In this document: in pieces, positions 27,248-36,830 of the stretch | Layout of the letters: each line of letters starts with the position of its first letter | How positions within the stretch are numbered: the stretch's first letter is position 1 | Origin: Gammaproteobacteria bacterium | GTDB taxonomy: Bacteria; Pseudomonadota; Gammaproteobacteria; Ga0077536 | Length of the DNA stretch: 64,000 nt | Reading direction: 5' to 3' | NCBI GenBank assembly: GCA_040220855.1 | Contig: JAVJVZ010000067.1 | Location: 43,756 to 107,755 of the forward strand | The notes under the pieces: model-generated | What the model was told of the DNA's origin: nothing | The model's input: only the letters and a program-made list of their open reading frames with translations | Databases searched by the model: none | Made by a program: the position numbers and the translations under genes

Positions 27248-27703
27248 TCAGCGGCTGAAACAGCGCGCCTGCGCGGAGGCCGCGCGCAACGCATCGAGCT
27301 CGGCCGCGCGCTGCGCGTCGCGAGTCTCCGCGGTCACTGCGGTGACGGCGCGATAGGGCAGGTAGTAGAAGGCCGGTGTCCACACGGTACCGATGAAGAC
27401 GGCGCCGGCGTGACGTGGATCGCGCCAGAAGGATGGCCGGTAGTCGAGGTCCGCGCGCAGCAGCGCGAGGCGGCGTGCGTAGAGCGCGGCGCAGTCCGCG
27501 TCGCCGGGCACGCTGGGCACGGCCGGCGCCGACGGTCCGAGCAGGAGCGCGTAGCCTTCCTGCGCGCGTTGCCGTGCAAATTCCGCGGCAGCCGCGAGCG
27601 GGGTGTCGGACGCGGCGGTGGGCGGGCCGTGCAGGCCGGCGAGAACGAGCAGTGACGCCGCGACGCGGTGGAGGGGGGCAGTCCTGGAATGAGCGCGCGA
27701 CAT
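27248..27703 (-). CDS. Hypothetical secreted protein
   Basis: The ORF has a signal-peptide-like N-terminus (VAASLLVLAGLHGPPTAA), a balanced aromatic-containing composition and GC-rich third codon positions. I recognise no family. Confidence 0.5.
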   Translation of the reverse strand: MSRAHSRTAPLHRVAASLLVLAGLHGPPTAASDTPLAAAAEFARQRAQEGYALLLGPSAPAVPSVPGDADCAALYARRLALLRADLDYRPSFWRDPRHAGAVFIGTVWTPAFYYLPYRAVTAVTAETRDAQRAAELDALRAASAQARCFSR

Positions 27704-27773
27704 GTCAGCAATGTCGGCGCCGTTGGCGCGGGCTTTAGCGCAGCGCCGAAAAGGCGGCCGCGCGTGCGCGGAC

Positions 27774-27805
27774 GGAACACGGCCGCCGCGCGGCCGCCGT
27801 GTTCC
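27774..27805 (-). terminator. Strong GC hairpin downstream of the DUF992 gene; no U-tract
   Basis: GGAACACGGCCGCCGCGCGGCCGCCGTGTTCC is near-perfectly self-complementary, with a 10-bp perfect outer stem. It lies 19 nt after the DUF992 stop. Confidence 0.4.
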
Positions 27806-27823
27806 GTATCGGCTGCAACGCGC

Positions 27824-28318
27824 TTACTGCACGGGCTCGATGTAGAGGAACGACAGGCCGCCGGAGGCGCCGATGCCGGTGCTCGATTCCAGCGCGACCG
27901 GCTGCAGGCCGATGTTCTTCGCGCCGCCGCCGAGCAGGGCCTTGGCGCCGAGACCGAGACCGGCTGCGGCCGACAGTTCGCCGCCGACGTACTTGCCACC
28001 GAGCGCCTTGGCGCCGGGGCTGACGTCCTCGGAGGCCGCGATGACGGTGAAGGCCATCTTCTCGTCCTGCTTGAAGCTGAGGTCGAGGCCGAGCGCGATG
28101 CCGGTCTCGCCGACGTATTCCTCGCTCGAGCCGCCCTTGGCATAGACGCACTTGACGTCGGCAGTTGAGCGGATGAGCAGGTTCATGCGGGAGCCCGGCA
28201 CCACCGAGCAGGTGAGCACGCCGACCTCGATACCGGCAGCGGCCTGGCTGGTCGCCAGCGGTGCGGCGGTGGCGCCGAGCGCCGCGGCCAGGGCAAGGAC
28301 TTTCGCGGATTTCATCAT
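27824..28318 (-). CDS. DUF992-family secreted protein
   Basis: The sequence begins MMKSAKVLALAAALGATAAPLATSQAAAGIEVGVLTCSV and ends GASGGLSFLYIEP, which is the DUF992 pattern. The ATGATG start follows GAGGGA; the track ORF begins at 28447. Confidence 0.75.
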   Translation of the reverse strand: MMKSAKVLALAAALGATAAPLATSQAAAGIEVGVLTCSVVPGSRMNLLIRSTADVKCVYAKGGSSEEYVGETGIALGLDLSFKQDEKMAFTVIAASEDVSPGAKALGGKYVGGELSAAAGLGLGAKALLGGGAKNIGLQPVALESSTGIGASGGLSFLYIEPVQ

Positions 28319-28492
28319 GTCAGTTCCCTCGTAGATGCGTGAAAGAAGTCCCCGGCTCGTTGGCGGCTCCGGGGAAGGCGCCGCGGTGGTCGTGACCCGA
28401 CCACTGGGCTTGCGTGACAGGCGCCGCGGGTGCAGGCGCGCGAGCACGGAAACCGAGAGGGCTATCGGTCGCGTGACGGCAATCCTGAATAA

Positions 28493-28508
28493 CTGTATAA
28501 ATAAACAG
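28493..28508 (+). promoter_or_regulatory. LexA (SOS) box of the CTGT-N8-ACAG type
   Basis: CTGTATAAATAAACAG matches the beta/gammaproteobacterial SOS-box consensus perfectly. It sits in an AT-rich patch 28 nt upstream of the dnaE2 start codon. Confidence 0.8.
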
Positions 28509-28535
28509 TATTCGAGCCACGCCCATTACCGTCCC

Positions 28536-31500
28536 ATGTCGCCCGTCTCGTCGCCCCCTTATGCCGAGCTCTGCTGCCGCAGCAATTTCAGTTTCCTCAC
28601 CAGCGCCTCGCATCCCGAAGAACTCGTCCGTGCCGCCGCGGCGCGCGGCTATCGCGCGATCGCACTCGCCGACGAATGCAGCTTTGCCGGGCTGGTGCGT
28701 GCACACGTCGCCGCGCGCGAGGTCGACATCGCGTTCATTGCCGCCACCGAGCTGGTGCTCACCGATGGCCTGCGCCTGGTCCTGCTCGCCGACGACGTTG
28801 CCGCCTACCGGGTGCTCGCAGCACTCATCACGCGCGCGCGGCGGCGCGCGTCGAAGGGTCGCTACGCGCTGAGCCGTGCCGATCTCGTCGGGCTCGACCA
28901 CGGGCTCGTGGTATGGCTGCCGGGGCACGACGCGAGCGATGCCGAGCGCGCCGCCTGGGTCGCGCGCCATTTTCCGGCGCGGGCGTGGATCGGAGTCGGC
29001 CTGTTCTACGGCGGTGACGATGCCGCGCGGCTCGCGCACGTGCGCCGGCTCGGCGCCGCCCATGGCCTGCCGCTCACCGCCGTCGGCGAGGTGCGCATGC
29101 ACGACTTCCGCCGCCAGCCCCTGCACGACGTGCTGACCGCGATCCGGCTCGGCACCACGGTGATGGAAGCCGGCACGCGGCTCGATCCCAACGCCGAGCG
29201 CTACCTGCGGCCGCGCGAGCGCCTCGCGCGCATCTACCCGCACGAGCTGCTCGAGGAGAGTGTGCGCATTGCCGCGCGCTGTCGCTTCACGCTCGACGAG
29301 CTGCGTTACGAGTACCCGCGCGAGCTGGTGCCGGCAGGCGCGACGCCGGCGAGCCACCTGCGCGCGCTGACCCTGGCCGGCATGCGCCGGCGCTGGCCGG
29401 ACGGCGTACCGGCCAAGGTGTGTACCCAGGTCGAGCACGAACTCGCGCTGATCGCCGAGCTCGCCTACGAGGCGTTCTTCCTCACCGTGCACGACATCGT
29501 CGCGTGGGCGCGCAGCCGCGACATCCTGTGCCAGGGGCGCGGCTCGGCGGCCAACTCGGCGGTGTGCTACTGCCTCGGCATCACCGAGGTCGACCCGGCG
29601 CGCATGGACATGCTGTTCGAACGCTTCGTTTCGAAGGAACGTAACGAGCCGCCCGACATCGACGTGGATTTCGAGCACCAGCGCCGCGAAGAGGTCATCC
29701 AGTACGTCTACGCGAAGTACGGGCGCGAACGTGCCGCGCTCGCCGCCACCGTCATCACCTACAAGCTGCGCAGTGCCGTACGCGACGTCGGCAAGGCGCT
29801 CGGCATGAGCCTGGAGCAGGTCGACCGCCTCGCGCGCAATCTCTACTGGTGGGACCAGGGCTCGGCCATCGCCGAGCGCCTGCGCGAGGTCGGCTTCGCG
29901 CCGGACAACCCCGTCATTCGCCGCCTCGTCGCGCTGGTCGGCGAGATCGTCGGTTTCCCCCGGCATCTCTCGCAGCACGTCGGCGGTTTCGTCATCTCCG
30001 ACGGCCCGTTGTCGGACCTGGTGCCGATCGAGAACGCGGCGATGCCCGAGCGTACCGTCATCCAGTGGGACAAGGACGACCTCGAAACGCTCGGCCTGCT
30101 CAAGGTGGACTGCCTGTGCCTCGGCATGCTGAGCGCGATCCGGCGCAGCTTCGACCTGATCGCGGAGTTCGATGGTCGCCGCCTCACGATGGCCGCGATT
30201 CCGCCCGACGATGCGGCCACCTACGCCATGATTCAGCGGGCCGACACGGTCGGCGTATTCCAGATCGAATCGCGCGCGCAGATGGCCATGCTGCCGCGGC
30301 TGCGTCCGGCGAACTACTACGACCTCGTCATCCAGGTCGCGATCATCCGTCCGGGACCAATCCAGGGCGAGATGGTGCATCCCTACCTGCGCCGGCGTAA
30401 CGGCGAGGAGGAGGTGAGCTACCCGAGCGAGGAGGTGCGCGGCGTGCTCGAACGCACGCTCGGCGTGCCGCTGTTCCAGGAACAGGTGATCAAGCTCGCC
30501 ATGGTGGCGGCCGGCTTCTCGCCCGGCGAGGCCGACCAGCTGCGCCGCTCGATGGCGACCTGGAAGCGCAACGGCGGCCTCGAGCGCTTCCGCGACAGGC
30601 TCGTCGATGGCATGCGTGCGCGGGGCTACACGCCGCGTTTCGCCGAGCAGATCTTCAACCAGATCCAGGGCTTCGGCGAGTACGGCTTCCCGGAGTCGCA
30701 CTCGGCGAGCTTCGCGTTGCTGGCCTACGTCTCGGCATGGCTGAAATGCCACGAGCCGGCCGCCTTCACCGCGGGCCTCCTGAACAGCCAGCCGATGGGT
30801 TTCTACGCGCCGTCACAGCTGGTGCAGGACGCGCGCCGTCATGGTGTCGAGGTACGCGCGGCGGACGTCACCGCGAGTGCCTGGGACTGCACGCTCGAGC
30901 GCGGCGCGACACGCTGGGGGCGCCCGGCACTGCGTCTCGGCCTGCGCCTGGTCAAGGGTTTTGCCGCGGCCGCCGCGGCACGTCTCGTCGCGGCGCGCGC
31001 CCAGGCGCCGTTCCGCGACGTCGACGACCTCGCCGTACGCGCGGCGCTCGACCGCGCCGCCCTGCGCGCGCTGTCGCGGGCCGGCGCGCTGGCGAGCCTC
31101 GCCGGCAATCGCCACCAGGCGAGCTGGGCCGCGCTCGGCGTCGAGCCGTCGACACCGCTGCTCGCCGCTGCCGGCATCGCCGAGGCCACGCCGCTGTTGC
31201 GTCGGCCGGGCGAGGGCGAGGACATCGTCGCCGACTACGCGACCCTCGGTCTCACGCTCGGCCGCCACCCGCTTGCGCTGCTGCGCGGCCAGCTCACGCG
31301 GCGGCGCTTCGTCAGCGCGGCGGCGCTCGGCGAACTCGCGCACGGTGCGCCGGTGCGCATCGCCGGGCTCGTCACCATGCGTCAGCGTCCCGGCACCGCG
31401 ACCGGCGTGGTCTTCGTCACCCTCGAGGACGAGACCGGTACCATCAACTTGGTCGTGTGGTCGAGCCTGGTCGAGGCGCAGCGCCGCGAGCTGCTGCATG

Positions 31501-31628
31501 CGCGCCTGCTCGGCGTGACCGGCGAGGTGCAGCGCGAGGGCGAAGTCATCCACGTGCTCGCGCGCCGTCTCGAGGATCACTCCGTGCTGCTCGGCGAACT
31601 GACCACGCGTTCGCGCGATTTCCACTGA
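28536..31628 (+). CDS. dnaE2: Error-prone DNA polymerase DnaE2 (ImuC)
   Basis: The N-terminus [31 protein letters not shown] carries a PHP domain. Pol III alpha core motifs are present ([29 protein letters not shown]). An OB-fold C-terminus is present, and the roughly 1030-aa size is typical of DnaE2. The track ORF begins at 28335. Confidence 0.9.
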   Translation: MSPVSSPPYAELCCRSNFSFLTSASHPEELVRAAAARGYRAIALADECSFAGLVRAHVAAREVDIAFIAATELVLTDGLRLVLLADDVAAYRVLAALITRARRRASKGRYALSRADLVGLDHGLVVWLPGHDASDAERAAWVARHFPARAWIGVGLFYGGDDAARLAHVRRLGAAHGLPLTAVGEVRMHDFRRQPLHDVLTAIRLGTTVMEAGTRLDPNAERYLRPRERLARIYPHELLEESVRIAARCRFTLDELRYEYPRELVPAGATPASHLRALTLAGMRRRWPDGVPAKVCTQVEHELALIAELAYEAFFLTVHDIVAWARSRDILCQGRGSAANSAVCYCLGITEVDPARMDMLFERFVSKERNEPPDIDVDFEHQRREEVIQYVYAKYGRERAALAATVITYKLRSAVRDVGKALGMSLEQVDRLARNLYWWDQGSAIAERLREVGFAPDNPVIRRLVALVGEIVGFPRHLSQHVGGFVISDGPLSDLVPIENAAMPERTVIQWDKDDLETLGLLKVDCLCLGMLSAIRRSFDLIAEFDGRRLTMAAIPPDDAATYAMIQRADTVGVFQIESRAQMAMLPRLRPANYYDLVIQVAIIRPGPIQGEMVHPYLRRRNGEEEVSYPSEEVRGVLERTLGVPLFQEQVIKLAMVAAGFSPGEADQLRRSMATWKRNGGLERFRDRLVDGMRARGYTPRFAEQIFNQIQGFGEYGFPESHSASFALLAYVSAWLKCHEPAAFTAGLLNSQPMGFYAPSQLVQDARRHGVEVRAADVTASAWDCTLERGATRWGRPALRLGLRLVKGFAAAAAARLVAARAQAPFRDVDDLAVRAALDRAALRALSRAGALASLAGNRHQASWAALGVEPSTPLLAAAGIAEATPLLRRPGEGEDIVADYATLGLTLGRHPLALLRGQLTRRRFVSAAALGELAHGAPVRIAGLVTMRQRPGTATGVVFVTLEDETGTINLVVWSSLVEAQRRELLHARLLGVTGEVQREGEVIHVLARRLEDHSVLLGELTTRSRDFH

Positions 31629-31671
31629 GGCCCGAACTCCCCGGCCGCCAACGCCACCACTTTCCCACACG

Positions 31672-31693
31672 AGGGTCAGACACCTGTGGACAA
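31672..31693 (+). repeat. 22-bp intergenic repeat unit, copy B1 (AGGGTCAGACACCTGTGGACAA)
   Basis: It matches copy A2 at 21 of 22 positions and lies 44 nt after the dnaE2 stop. Confidence 0.85.
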
Positions 31694-31726
31694 GTCGCAA
31701 CGCCGGACCGGGCGCTTATCCCCAGC

Positions 31727-31748
31727 GGGGTCAGACACCTGTGGATAA
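31727..31748 (+). repeat. 22-bp intergenic repeat unit, copy B2 (GGGGTCAGACACCTGTGGATAA)
   Basis: It is a direct repeat 55 nt downstream of B1 and ends in a perfect DnaA-box complement, TGTGGATAA. An oppositely oriented near-box, CTTATCCCC, lies between B1 and B2 at about 31715..31723. Confidence 0.85.
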
Positions 31749-31787
31749 GCGCGCGCGGCGCATGGGCGGCCGGGAGGCTTGCGGTCG

Positions 31788-31815
31788 TTGCATTAGCATC
31801 CGGCCGTCTTACAAT
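31788..31815 (+). promoter_or_regulatory. Candidate sigma-70 promoter of serC
   Basis: TTGCAT (31788..31793), a 16-nt spacer and TACAAT (31810..31815) lie about 45 nt upstream of the serC start. Confidence 0.4.
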
Positions 31816-31858
31816 GCGCGCCTCCGTTTTGCGGTGCCGCATTTGCATGAGTAGAGAG

Positions 31859-33019
31859 ATGCAGAAACCCGACATCAAACCCGCCAATCCCTGTTTTTCC
31901 TCCGGTCCCTGCCCGAAGCGGCCGGGCTGGTCACCAGCCGTGCTGAGCGAGGCCCTGGTTGGGCGCTCGCATCGCTCGAAGCCCGGCAAGGCACGTCTCG
32001 CCACCGCCATCGAGCACACCCGCGCGTTGCTCGGCGTGCCGGCCGATTACCGTATCGGTATCGTGCCGGGCTCCGATACCGGTGCCGTCGAAATGGCCTT
32101 GTGGAGCCTGCTCGGTGCACGCGGGGTCGACGTCCTCGCCTGGGAGAGCTTCGGCTCCGAATGGGTGAGCGACGTGCTCGAGGTGCTCGCCATCGACGAT
32201 GCGCGCAAGCTGGTTGCGCCCTACGGCGAGCTGCCCGCGCTCGACATGGTCGACTTCGCACGCGACGTGGTGTTCGTGTGGAACGGCACGACGTCCGGGG
32301 TGAAGTTGCCCGACGCCGATTGGATCCCTGCCGATCGCGCCGGGCTGACCATCTGCGACGCGACCTCCGCCGCGTTCGCCATGCCGCTGCCGTGGGACAA
32401 GCTTGATGTCACCACCTTCTCGTGGCAGAAGGTGCTCGGCGGCGAGGCCGCGCACGGCGTCATCATTCTCGGTCCGCGCGCGGTCGAGCGGCTCGAGAGC
32501 TACGTGCCGCCGCGCCCGCTGCCGAAGCTGTTCCGCCTGACCAAGAAGGGCAAGCTCGACGAATCGATCTTCGAAGGCGCGACCATCAACACGCCGTCTA
32601 TGCTGTGCGTCGAGGACTACCTCGACGCGCTGACGTGGGCCGACTCGCTGGGCGGGCTCGACGCGCTGGTCGCGCGCTCGCGGCAGAATCTCGCGGTGCT
32701 CGAGGCGTGGGTCGACAAGACGGCCTGGGTGGACTTCCTTGCCGCCGATCCGGCGATGCGTTCGAGCACCTCCATCTGCCTGAAGATCGTCGCCGACTGG
32801 TTCCTCGCGCTCGACGACGAGGCCCAGGCCGCGCTGACCAAGAAGCTCTCCGGCCTGCTCGAGAAGGAGGGCGCCGCCTACGACATCAACGGTTACCGCA
32901 GCGCGCCACCGGGCCTGCGCATCTGGGGTGGTGCGACGGTCGAGGCGAGCGATCTCGCCGCGCTGCTGCCGTGGCTCGAATGGGCCTACGCCACCGTTGC
33001 CGCCGAGCACGGCGCCTGA
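31859..33019 (+). CDS. serC: Phosphoserine aminotransferase (short SerC type)
   Basis: The N-terminus [25 protein letters not shown] matches the short-form SerC N-terminus, and the gene is followed by serA. In-frame ATGs at 31847 and 31814 are alternative starts. The 760-aa track ORF is an artefactual extension over dnaE2. Confidence 0.85.
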   Translation: MQKPDIKPANPCFSSGPCPKRPGWSPAVLSEALVGRSHRSKPGKARLATAIEHTRALLGVPADYRIGIVPGSDTGAVEMALWSLLGARGVDVLAWESFGSEWVSDVLEVLAIDDARKLVAPYGELPALDMVDFARDVVFVWNGTTSGVKLPDADWIPADRAGLTICDATSAAFAMPLPWDKLDVTTFSWQKVLGGEAAHGVIILGPRAVERLESYVPPRPLPKLFRLTKKGKLDESIFEGATINTPSMLCVEDYLDALTWADSLGGLDALVARSRQNLAVLEAWVDKTAWVDFLAADPAMRSSTSICLKIVADWFLALDDEAQAALTKKLSGLLEKEGAAYDINGYRSAPPGLRIWGGATVEASDLAALLPWLEWAYATVAAEHGA

Positions 33020-33043
33020 GCCGTCACCGAGGAGAGTCCATCC

Positions 33044-34627
33044 ATGTACAAGGTATTCGTCGCCGACAAGCTGGCCCCCGAGGGCATCGCCGCGCTCGAG
33101 CAGTATCCCGAGCTCGAGATCGACTTCAGCCCGGGGCTCAGCGTCGAAGAGGCCATCCCGCACGCGCGCGCGGCCGACGCCATCATCGTGCGCAGCGCGA
33201 CCAAGATCAAAGGCGAACTGCTCGCCGCCGCGGAGAAGCTGCGCGTGGTCGGTCGCGCCGGCATCGGTGTCGACAACGTCGATCTCGATGCCGCCACCGA
33301 GCGCGGCATCGTGGTGCTGAATACGCCGGACGCCAATGCCACCACCACCGCCGAACTCGCCGTCGCGCACATGTTCTCGCTCAGCCGCAGCCTGCCGGCC
33401 GCCGACCAGTCGGTGCGCCAGGGCAAGTGGGAACGTAATGCCTTCCTTGGCGCCGAGCTCTGCGGCAAGACCGTCGGCATCATCGGTTTCGGCACCATCG
33501 GGCGCCTGTTCGCCGAACGCTGCCGCGGGCTCAGGATGCGCGTGGTCGGTTTCGATCCCTTCGTCACCGAGAAGACCTTTGCCGAACATGGCGTCGAATG
33601 CCGCGAACTCGATGACCTGCTCGCCGAGTCGGACTACGTCTCCTTGCACTGCCCCGTCACCGAGGGTACGCGCAACCTGCTCAGTCGCGAGCGGCTCGGC
33701 AGGATGAAGCGGGGGGCACGCCTGATCAACTGTGCGCGCGGTGGACTGGTCGACGAACAGGCCCTGCTCGAGGTCGTGCAGAGCGGTCATCTCGCGGGCG
33801 CCGCGCTCGACGTCTTCCTCGAAGAGCCGCCGGGCGAATCGCCGCTGTTTGCCGAGCCGAACATCCAGTTCACGCCGCACCTTGGGGCGTCCACCCACGA
33901 GGCGCAGACCGCGGTCGGCGTCGAGATCGCGCACCAGGTCGCCGCTTTCCTCATCCGCGGTGAAGTGGTCAACGCGGTCAACGTGCCCAGCATGGCGCCG
34001 GAGAAGCTGGAGAAGCTCGCACCTTATCTCGACCTCGCCGATCGGCTCGGCCGCATCCTGTGCCGCATGGCCGACGAGCCGGTGAACGAGGTCGAGATCG
34101 GCGTCATCGGCGAGGCGGCCAAGCTGGATACCCACCCGATCGCGAGCGCCGCGATGGTCGGCATGCTGTGCGGCCACCACTCGGTGCCGGTCAACCCGAT
34201 CAACGCGCTGCACCTGGCGCGCCGCCAGGGCATCAAGGTGACCGAGGTGAGTTCGGCCGACTCGCGCGATTACGTCTCGCTGGTGCGCATCACCGCGCGC
34301 AGCGCGAGCCACTCGGTATGCCTCGAGGGCACGGTGTTCGACGAGCGTCACCCGCGCCTGGTGCGCATCAACGCCTACGAAGTGGAGTCGCCGCTCGAGG
34401 GCACGCTGCTGTTCACCCACCACGCCGACCAGCCGGGTGTGATCGGCACGCTCGGCGAGCTGATCGGCCGTGCCGGCATCAACATCGCGCGCATGCAGGT
34501 GGGTGTCGCCGAAGGCACCAACCTGGCGATCGCGGTGCTCGGCATCTCGCAGCCGCTCGACGAGGCCGCGCTCGACGCCGTGCGCCGTATCGCGGCAGTC
34601 GACAAGGTGCTGCAGATCGGGTTCTGA
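33044..34627 (+). CDS. serA: D-3-phosphoglycerate dehydrogenase (long form with ASB and ACT domains)
   Basis: The sequence begins MYKVFVADKLAPEGIAALEQ. The NAD-binding motif GIIGFGTIGRLFA is present. The catalytic context is RGGLVDEQAL...HLGAST. The 527-aa length fits the long form. Confidence 0.9.
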   Translation: MYKVFVADKLAPEGIAALEQYPELEIDFSPGLSVEEAIPHARAADAIIVRSATKIKGELLAAAEKLRVVGRAGIGVDNVDLDAATERGIVVLNTPDANATTTAELAVAHMFSLSRSLPAADQSVRQGKWERNAFLGAELCGKTVGIIGFGTIGRLFAERCRGLRMRVVGFDPFVTEKTFAEHGVECRELDDLLAESDYVSLHCPVTEGTRNLLSRERLGRMKRGARLINCARGGLVDEQALLEVVQSGHLAGAALDVFLEEPPGESPLFAEPNIQFTPHLGASTHEAQTAVGVEIAHQVAAFLIRGEVVNAVNVPSMAPEKLEKLAPYLDLADRLGRILCRMADEPVNEVEIGVIGEAAKLDTHPIASAAMVGMLCGHHSVPVNPINALHLARRQGIKVTEVSSADSRDYVSLVRITARSASHSVCLEGTVFDERHPRLVRINAYEVESPLEGTLLFTHHADQPGVIGTLGELIGRAGINIARMQVGVAEGTNLAIAVLGISQPLDEAALDAVRRIAAVDKVLQIGF

Positions 34628-34640
34628 CCCGGCTAGCGGG

Positions 34641-34663
34641 GCCGCGGGTGGGTCGCCCGCGGC
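34641..34663. terminator. Hairpin between convergent serA and the carboxyltransferase gene; no U-tract
   Basis: GCCGCGGG-tgggtcg-CCCGCGGC forms an 8-bp stem. Confidence 0.3.
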
Positions 34664-34725
34664 GTCCCCCTGCGGCCCGCGCGTGCGTCACTTGCACCGG
34701 CGGCGCGGTACGGGGTGGCGACGCT

Positions 34726-36333
34726 TCAGAAGCGGAACACGCCGTAGCCGCGCTCGAGCGGTGGCGCGTTGAGCGACGCGCTGATGCCGATGCCGAGCGC
34801 ATTGCGCGTATCGACCGGGTCGAGGATGCCGTCGTCCCACACTTCCGAGGTCGAGTAATAGGCCGAGAGCTGGTGCTGGTAGGCTTCCAGCGTCTCGTTG
34901 TAGACCTTGTCGAGCGTCGCCTGGTCGACCGCATCACCAGCGCGTTCGAGCTGCTTGAGCTTGACCTCGGTGAGCGTCTTCGCCGCCTGCTCGCCGCCCA
35001 TCACGCCAATCTGGTGATTGGGCCAGGCGAACAACAGGCGGCCGTCGTAGGCGCGCCCGCACATGCCGTAGTTGCCCGCGCCGAAGGAACCATGGCACAT
35101 CACGGTGAACTTGGGGACGTGTGAGCCCACCTGCGCCATGATCATCTTGGCGCCGTCCTTGGAAATGCCGGCGGCCTCGTAATCGCGGCCGACCATGTAG
35201 CCGGTGATGTTCTGCAGGAAGACCAGCGGCGTGTCGTTCTGGTTGCACAGCTCGATGAAGTGCGCGCCCTTCAGTGCGCTGTCGTTGAACAGCACGCCGT
35301 TGTTGGCGAGGATGCCGACCTTGTAGCCCCAGATGTTGGCGTAGCCGCACACCAGCGTGGTGCCGTAGGCCGGCTGGTACTCGTGGAAGCGGCTGCCATC
35401 GACGATGCGCGCGATGACCTCGCGCATGTCGAAGGAGCGCTTGATATCGTCGGGGATGATGCCGTAGAGCTCGTCCGGGTCGTAGTACGGCGCCTCGATG
35501 GGGTCGCGCTGAATGGCCCATTTCGGCGGCACGTCCCACTGCGCGACAATCTCGCGCCCGATCGCGATGGCCTCGTCCTCGCTTGCGGCCGGGTAGTCGC
35601 AGGTGCCGCTGATGCGGGTGTGAAGGTCGCAGCCGCCGAGTTCGTCCGCGGTAACCACTTCGCCGGTCGCCGCCTTGACCAGGGGCGGACCGCCGAGAAA
35701 GACCGCGCCGGTGCCGCGCACGATGACGGAATAGTCCGACAGCGCCGGGATATAGGCACCGCCCGCGGTGCAGTGGCCGAACACCAGGGCCAGCTGCTTG
35801 ACGTTCATCTTCGACAGGATGGATTGGTTGCGAAACATGCGCCCGGCCATGTGCTTGTCCGGGAAGAGCTCGGACTGCAGCGGCAGGAAGCCACCGGCGC
35901 TGTCGCACAGGTGCACGACGGGCAGGCGATTCTCGATGGCGATATCGAGGCAGCGGACGATCTTCTTCACCGACAGCGGGTACCAGGCGCCCCCCTTGAT
36001 GCTCGCATCGTGCGCGCACAGGATCACCTCGCGACCCTGGACCATGCCGATGCCGGTGATGCAGCTCGCGCCCGGCGCCTCGCCACCGTAGGCCATGTTG
36101 GCGGCGAGCGTGGAGAACTCGAGAAACGGCGTGCCCGGGTCGAGCAGCTTCTCGATGCGTTCGCGCGGCATCATCTTGCCCTGTCGGGCGAGGCGTTCGA
36201 CGTCGCGTGCGGGCCGCTCGAAGCGCGCCTGGCGCTGCTTCGCGTGCAGCTCGGCAGCGAGACGGCGATTGTGGGCGTAGTGACGACGGAATTCCGCCGC
36301 GCCGGTCTGGATGCTGGACTGGATACGGGCCAT
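34726..36333 (-). CDS. Acyl-CoA carboxylase carboxyltransferase (beta) subunit, MccB/AtuC family
   Basis: This 535-aa protein has two crotonase-like carboxyltransferase halves (GGGAWYPLSVKKIVR, CTAGGAYIPALSDY, GMCGRAYDGRLLFAWPN). The start overlaps the upstream stop as TGATG. Confidence 0.9.
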   Translation of the reverse strand: MARIQSSIQTGAAEFRRHYAHNRRLAAELHAKQRQARFERPARDVERLARQGKMMPRERIEKLLDPGTPFLEFSTLAANMAYGGEAPGASCITGIGMVQGREVILCAHDASIKGGAWYPLSVKKIVRCLDIAIENRLPVVHLCDSAGGFLPLQSELFPDKHMAGRMFRNQSILSKMNVKQLALVFGHCTAGGAYIPALSDYSVIVRGTGAVFLGGPPLVKAATGEVVTADELGGCDLHTRISGTCDYPAASEDEAIAIGREIVAQWDVPPKWAIQRDPIEAPYYDPDELYGIIPDDIKRSFDMREVIARIVDGSRFHEYQPAYGTTLVCGYANIWGYKVGILANNGVLFNDSALKGAHFIELCNQNDTPLVFLQNITGYMVGRDYEAAGISKDGAKMIMAQVGSHVPKFTVMCHGSFGAGNYGMCGRAYDGRLLFAWPNHQIGVMGGEQAAKTLTEVKLKQLERAGDAVDQATLDKVYNETLEAYQHQLSAYYSTSEVWDDGILDPVDTRNALGIGISASLNAPPLERGYGVFRF

Positions 36334-36830
36334 CAGTTGCTCGGGTGCAGGGACACCAGCTCGGCGCCCTTGTCGAAGCTCTGGTTGACCTCGACATGGA
36401 CGGTTTCGACGGTGCCGTCGCGGTGGGCGACGACGTTGATCTGCATTTTCATCGACTCGATCACGAGCAGCACGTCGCCGCTCGCGATGCTGGCACCGGG
36501 CGTGGCGGTCATGCTGACGACCACGCCCGGCATGTCGGCGCGCAGGACGTCGTCACCGCCGGCATCGTGCTGGGCCGCGGTGACGGGATCCTGGTATCCC
36601 ACCGAGTAGTTGGTGGTATCGAGCTTGACGTGGACGCGGTCGCCCTCACGTGTGCGCCGGACGTCGTACGCGCGGCCATCGATGGCGAGGCGCGTGGTGC
36701 CGTCGGCTGCGGGGTCTTCGTCCACCGTGTAGCAGCGGCCATCGACCTCCACGACCAGGCGCGGGCGGCGCGCCCGGATGGTGACGAGATGAGTCTCGCC
36801 ATCGAGCATGAACGGAAAGCTTGTCGCCAT
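36333..36830 (-). CDS. Separate BT-like plus biotinyl (BCCP) domain protein of the carboxylase
   Basis: The sequence begins MATSFPFMLDGETHLVTI and carries the biotinylation motif VIESMKMQ near the C-terminus. Its own GGAGAA ribosome-binding site lies 5 nt upstream. Its ATG overlaps the biotin carboxylase stop as TGATG. Confidence 0.8.
   Translation of the reverse strand: MATSFPFMLDGETHLVTIRARRPRLVVEVDGRCYTVDEDPAADGTTRLAIDGRAYDVRRTREGDRVHVKLDTTNYSVGYQDPVTAAQHDAGGDDVLRADMPGVVVSMTATPGASIASGDVLLVIESMKMQINVVAHRDGTVETVHVEVNQSFDKGAELVSLHPSN

Noticed and set aside
28320-30752. An 810-aa minus-strand ORF.
   Set aside because: It lies fully antisense to dnaE2. Long stop-free antisense frames are expected in very GC-rich coding DNA, and no motifs were recognised.
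30737-31858. The 5' part of the 760-aa ORF that ends as serC.
   Set aside because: It overlaps the dnaE2 3' end in another frame and crosses the intergenic repeat region. The SerC homology begins only at [18 protein letters not shown].
31931-34423. An 830-aa minus-strand ORF.
   Set aside because: It is antisense to serC and serA, both of which have unambiguous family motifs on the plus strand.
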